DNA from: an uncultured bacterium | GTDB lineage: Bacteria > Zixibacteria > MSB-5A5 > CAIYYT01 | Length of the DNA: 58,235 bases | Reading direction: 5' to 3' | Assembly: GCA_903903945.1 (NCBI GenBank) | Contig: CAIVAP010000101.1 | Span: forward strand, 1 to 58,235 | Part shown: positions 57,081 through 58,235 of the stretch, in pieces | Numbering within the stretch: the first letter of the stretch is position 1 | How the letters are laid out: each line of letters opens with the position of its first letter | Translations under genes and position numbers: made by a program | Notes under the pieces: model-generated | What the model saw: the letters and a program-made list of their open reading frames with translations, nothing else | The model's database searches: none | What the model was told of the DNA's origin: nothing

Positions 57081-57959
57081 ATGTTAGCAGATAAAGACTA
57101 TCAGTTGAAGGTCGGTTTGGCGGAGATGCTCAAGGGTGGCGTGATTATGGATGTCACTAATGCCGAGCAGGCGAAGATAGCCGAGGATGCCGGCGCCGTG
57201 GCGGTGATGGCGCTCGAACGGGTGCCGGCGGATATCCGCAAAGCCGGTGGTGTCGCCCGGATGGCGGCAATTGAAAAAATCGAGGAAATTCAGCGCGTAG
57301 TGCAGATTCCGGTGATGGCTAAATGCCGGATCGGACACTTCGCCGAAGCCGAATTGCTGCAGGAACTGAAAGTTGATTTCATCGACGAATCGGAAGTGCT
57401 CACGCCTGCTGATGAAGAAAACCATATCATAAAGCACCCTTTCAAGATTCCGTTTGTCTGCGGTTGTCGCAATCTCGGCGAGGCGATGCGTCGCATCAAC
57501 GAAGGGGCAGCTATGATTCGCACCAAGGGCGAAGCCGGGTCGGGCAACATTGTCGAGGCGGTCAGACACCTGCGAATGATCTATGGCGAGATTGCCGCTC
57601 TGAAGAAGCTAAACACAGAGAAAATGAAAAAGCTCGCCAAGGAAATGCGGGTGCCGGTGGAACTGGTGAAGAAGACGGCGCAACTTGGCGACCTGCCGGT
57701 TCCGAATTTTGCCGCTGGTGGAATTGCCACGCCTGCTGACGCAGTTCTCTGTATGAAGCTGCGTGCGCAAGCGGTGTTTGTCGGCTCTGGCATCTTCAAG
57801 TCCTCCAATCCGCAAGTGGTCGCCAAAGCCATAGTGACCGCAGTCGGCCACTATGATGATCCGGCGATTGTGCTGCAAGCATCGCGTTCACTCGGTGAAG
57901 CGATGCCCGGCTTGGAGATCAGCAAGATTCCCAAGGAAGAACAGCTTCAATATCGATGA
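57081..57959 (+). CDS. pdxS: Pyridoxal 5'-phosphate synthase, lyase subunit
   Basis: [37 protein letters not shown] and GEAGSGN motifs. Confidence 0.93.
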   Translation: MLADKDYQLKVGLAEMLKGGVIMDVTNAEQAKIAEDAGAVAVMALERVPADIRKAGGVARMAAIEKIEEIQRVVQIPVMAKCRIGHFAEAELLQELKVDFIDESEVLTPADEENHIIKHPFKIPFVCGCRNLGEAMRRINEGAAMIRTKGEAGSGNIVEAVRHLRMIYGEIAALKKLNTEKMKKLAKEMRVPVELVKKTAQLGDLPVPNFAAGGIATPADAVLCMKLRAQAVFVGSGIFKSSNPQVVAKAIVTAVGHYDDPAIVLQASRSLGEAMPGLEISKIPKEEQLQYR

Positions 57960-58235
57960 AGAAGAGACCTTGGGTTGGCATTCTGGCCTTTCAGGGAGAT
58001 TTCGCCAAGCATCAGGAAGTGTTTGCCAGACTTGGCTGCCTTACGCAGTTGGTGAAATCAAGTCGGCAACTGGCGAATATCGACTGCCTCGTCATTCCCG
58101 GCGGTGAGTCATCAGTGATCGACCGCTTCGTCAAATCACAACAGATCGCCGATCCGATCAAGGAATTCGCCGTGACAAAACCGGTTTGGGGTACTTGCGC
58201 CGGCATGATCATGCTGGCAACTCATGTCGAAAACG
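57956..58235 (+). CDS. pdxT: Pyridoxal 5'-phosphate synthase, glutaminase subunit (5' part; runs off the window end)
   Basis: Not in the track. ATGA start/stop overlap with pdxS. My translation reads [58 protein letters not shown]...[12 protein letters not shown]. Confidence 0.88.
   Translation, partial: MKKRPWVGILAFQGDFAKHQEVFARLGCLTQLVKSSRQLANIDCLVIPGGESSVIDRFVKSQQIADPIKEFAVTKPVWGTCAGMIMLATHVEN

Noticed and set aside
1-58235. tRNA, rRNA, tmRNA, RNase P or SRP RNA genes
   Set aside because: Scanning the intergenic regions by eye found no T-arm (GGTTCGAATCC-like) or other signature sequences. This cannot be excluded without tRNAscan or cmscan.

Overview
58.2-kb chromosomal segment, apparently from an uncultivated Gram-negative bacterium. 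A T9SS C-terminal sorting domain, dockerin repeats, DUF2723 and Bat-like genes hint at an FCB-group or candidate-phylum lineage, but taxonomy cannot be settled from sequence alone. Most of the window is tightly packed housekeeping: rho, rsfS, panBCD, folBK plus a deoxynucleoside kinase, B12-type ribonucleotide reductase nrdJ, a LemA/TPM triad, an ApbE-DUF3570-DUF4266-TlpA cluster, an ArsR-regulated P1B metal ATPase, a folE2/PTPS/SDR pterin cluster, CBS plus cystathionine gamma-lyase, two M16 peptidases and pdxST. No tRNA, rRNA, CRISPR array, transposase or integrase was recognised. The only clearly accessory stretch is about 11.3-17.4 kb, between nrdJ and the TPM/LemA genes. It holds (a) a compact three-gene minus-strand operon: a small ORF, a thymidylate-kinase homologue lacking the P-loop lysine, and a tandem MazG-like/Cys-knuckle/GGDEF fusion; (b) a membrane-anchored protein ending in a class II aldolase-like domain; (c) a small alpha+beta protein. 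All three are bracketed by about 3.5 copies of a roughly 550-bp hairpin-rich mosaic repeat built from REP/REPIN-like palindromes. The three-gene operon, possibly together with the 2-TM aldolase-like protein, is my best candidate for an undescribed nucleotide-centred signalling or conflict system; this is inference from domain content only. Secondary oddities: two tandem paralogous secreted-protein genes whose 75-nt 5' leader core is far better conserved than their coding sequence; a pterin operon containing a CDP-alcohol phosphatidyltransferase; folB and folK in the same frame separated by a single TAG with no canonical folK start; an aminotransferase-fold protein lacking the Schiff-base lysine; a small AT-rich two-gene islet with a PD-(D/E)xK-like protein; and several GTAG-prefixed REP-like hairpins.
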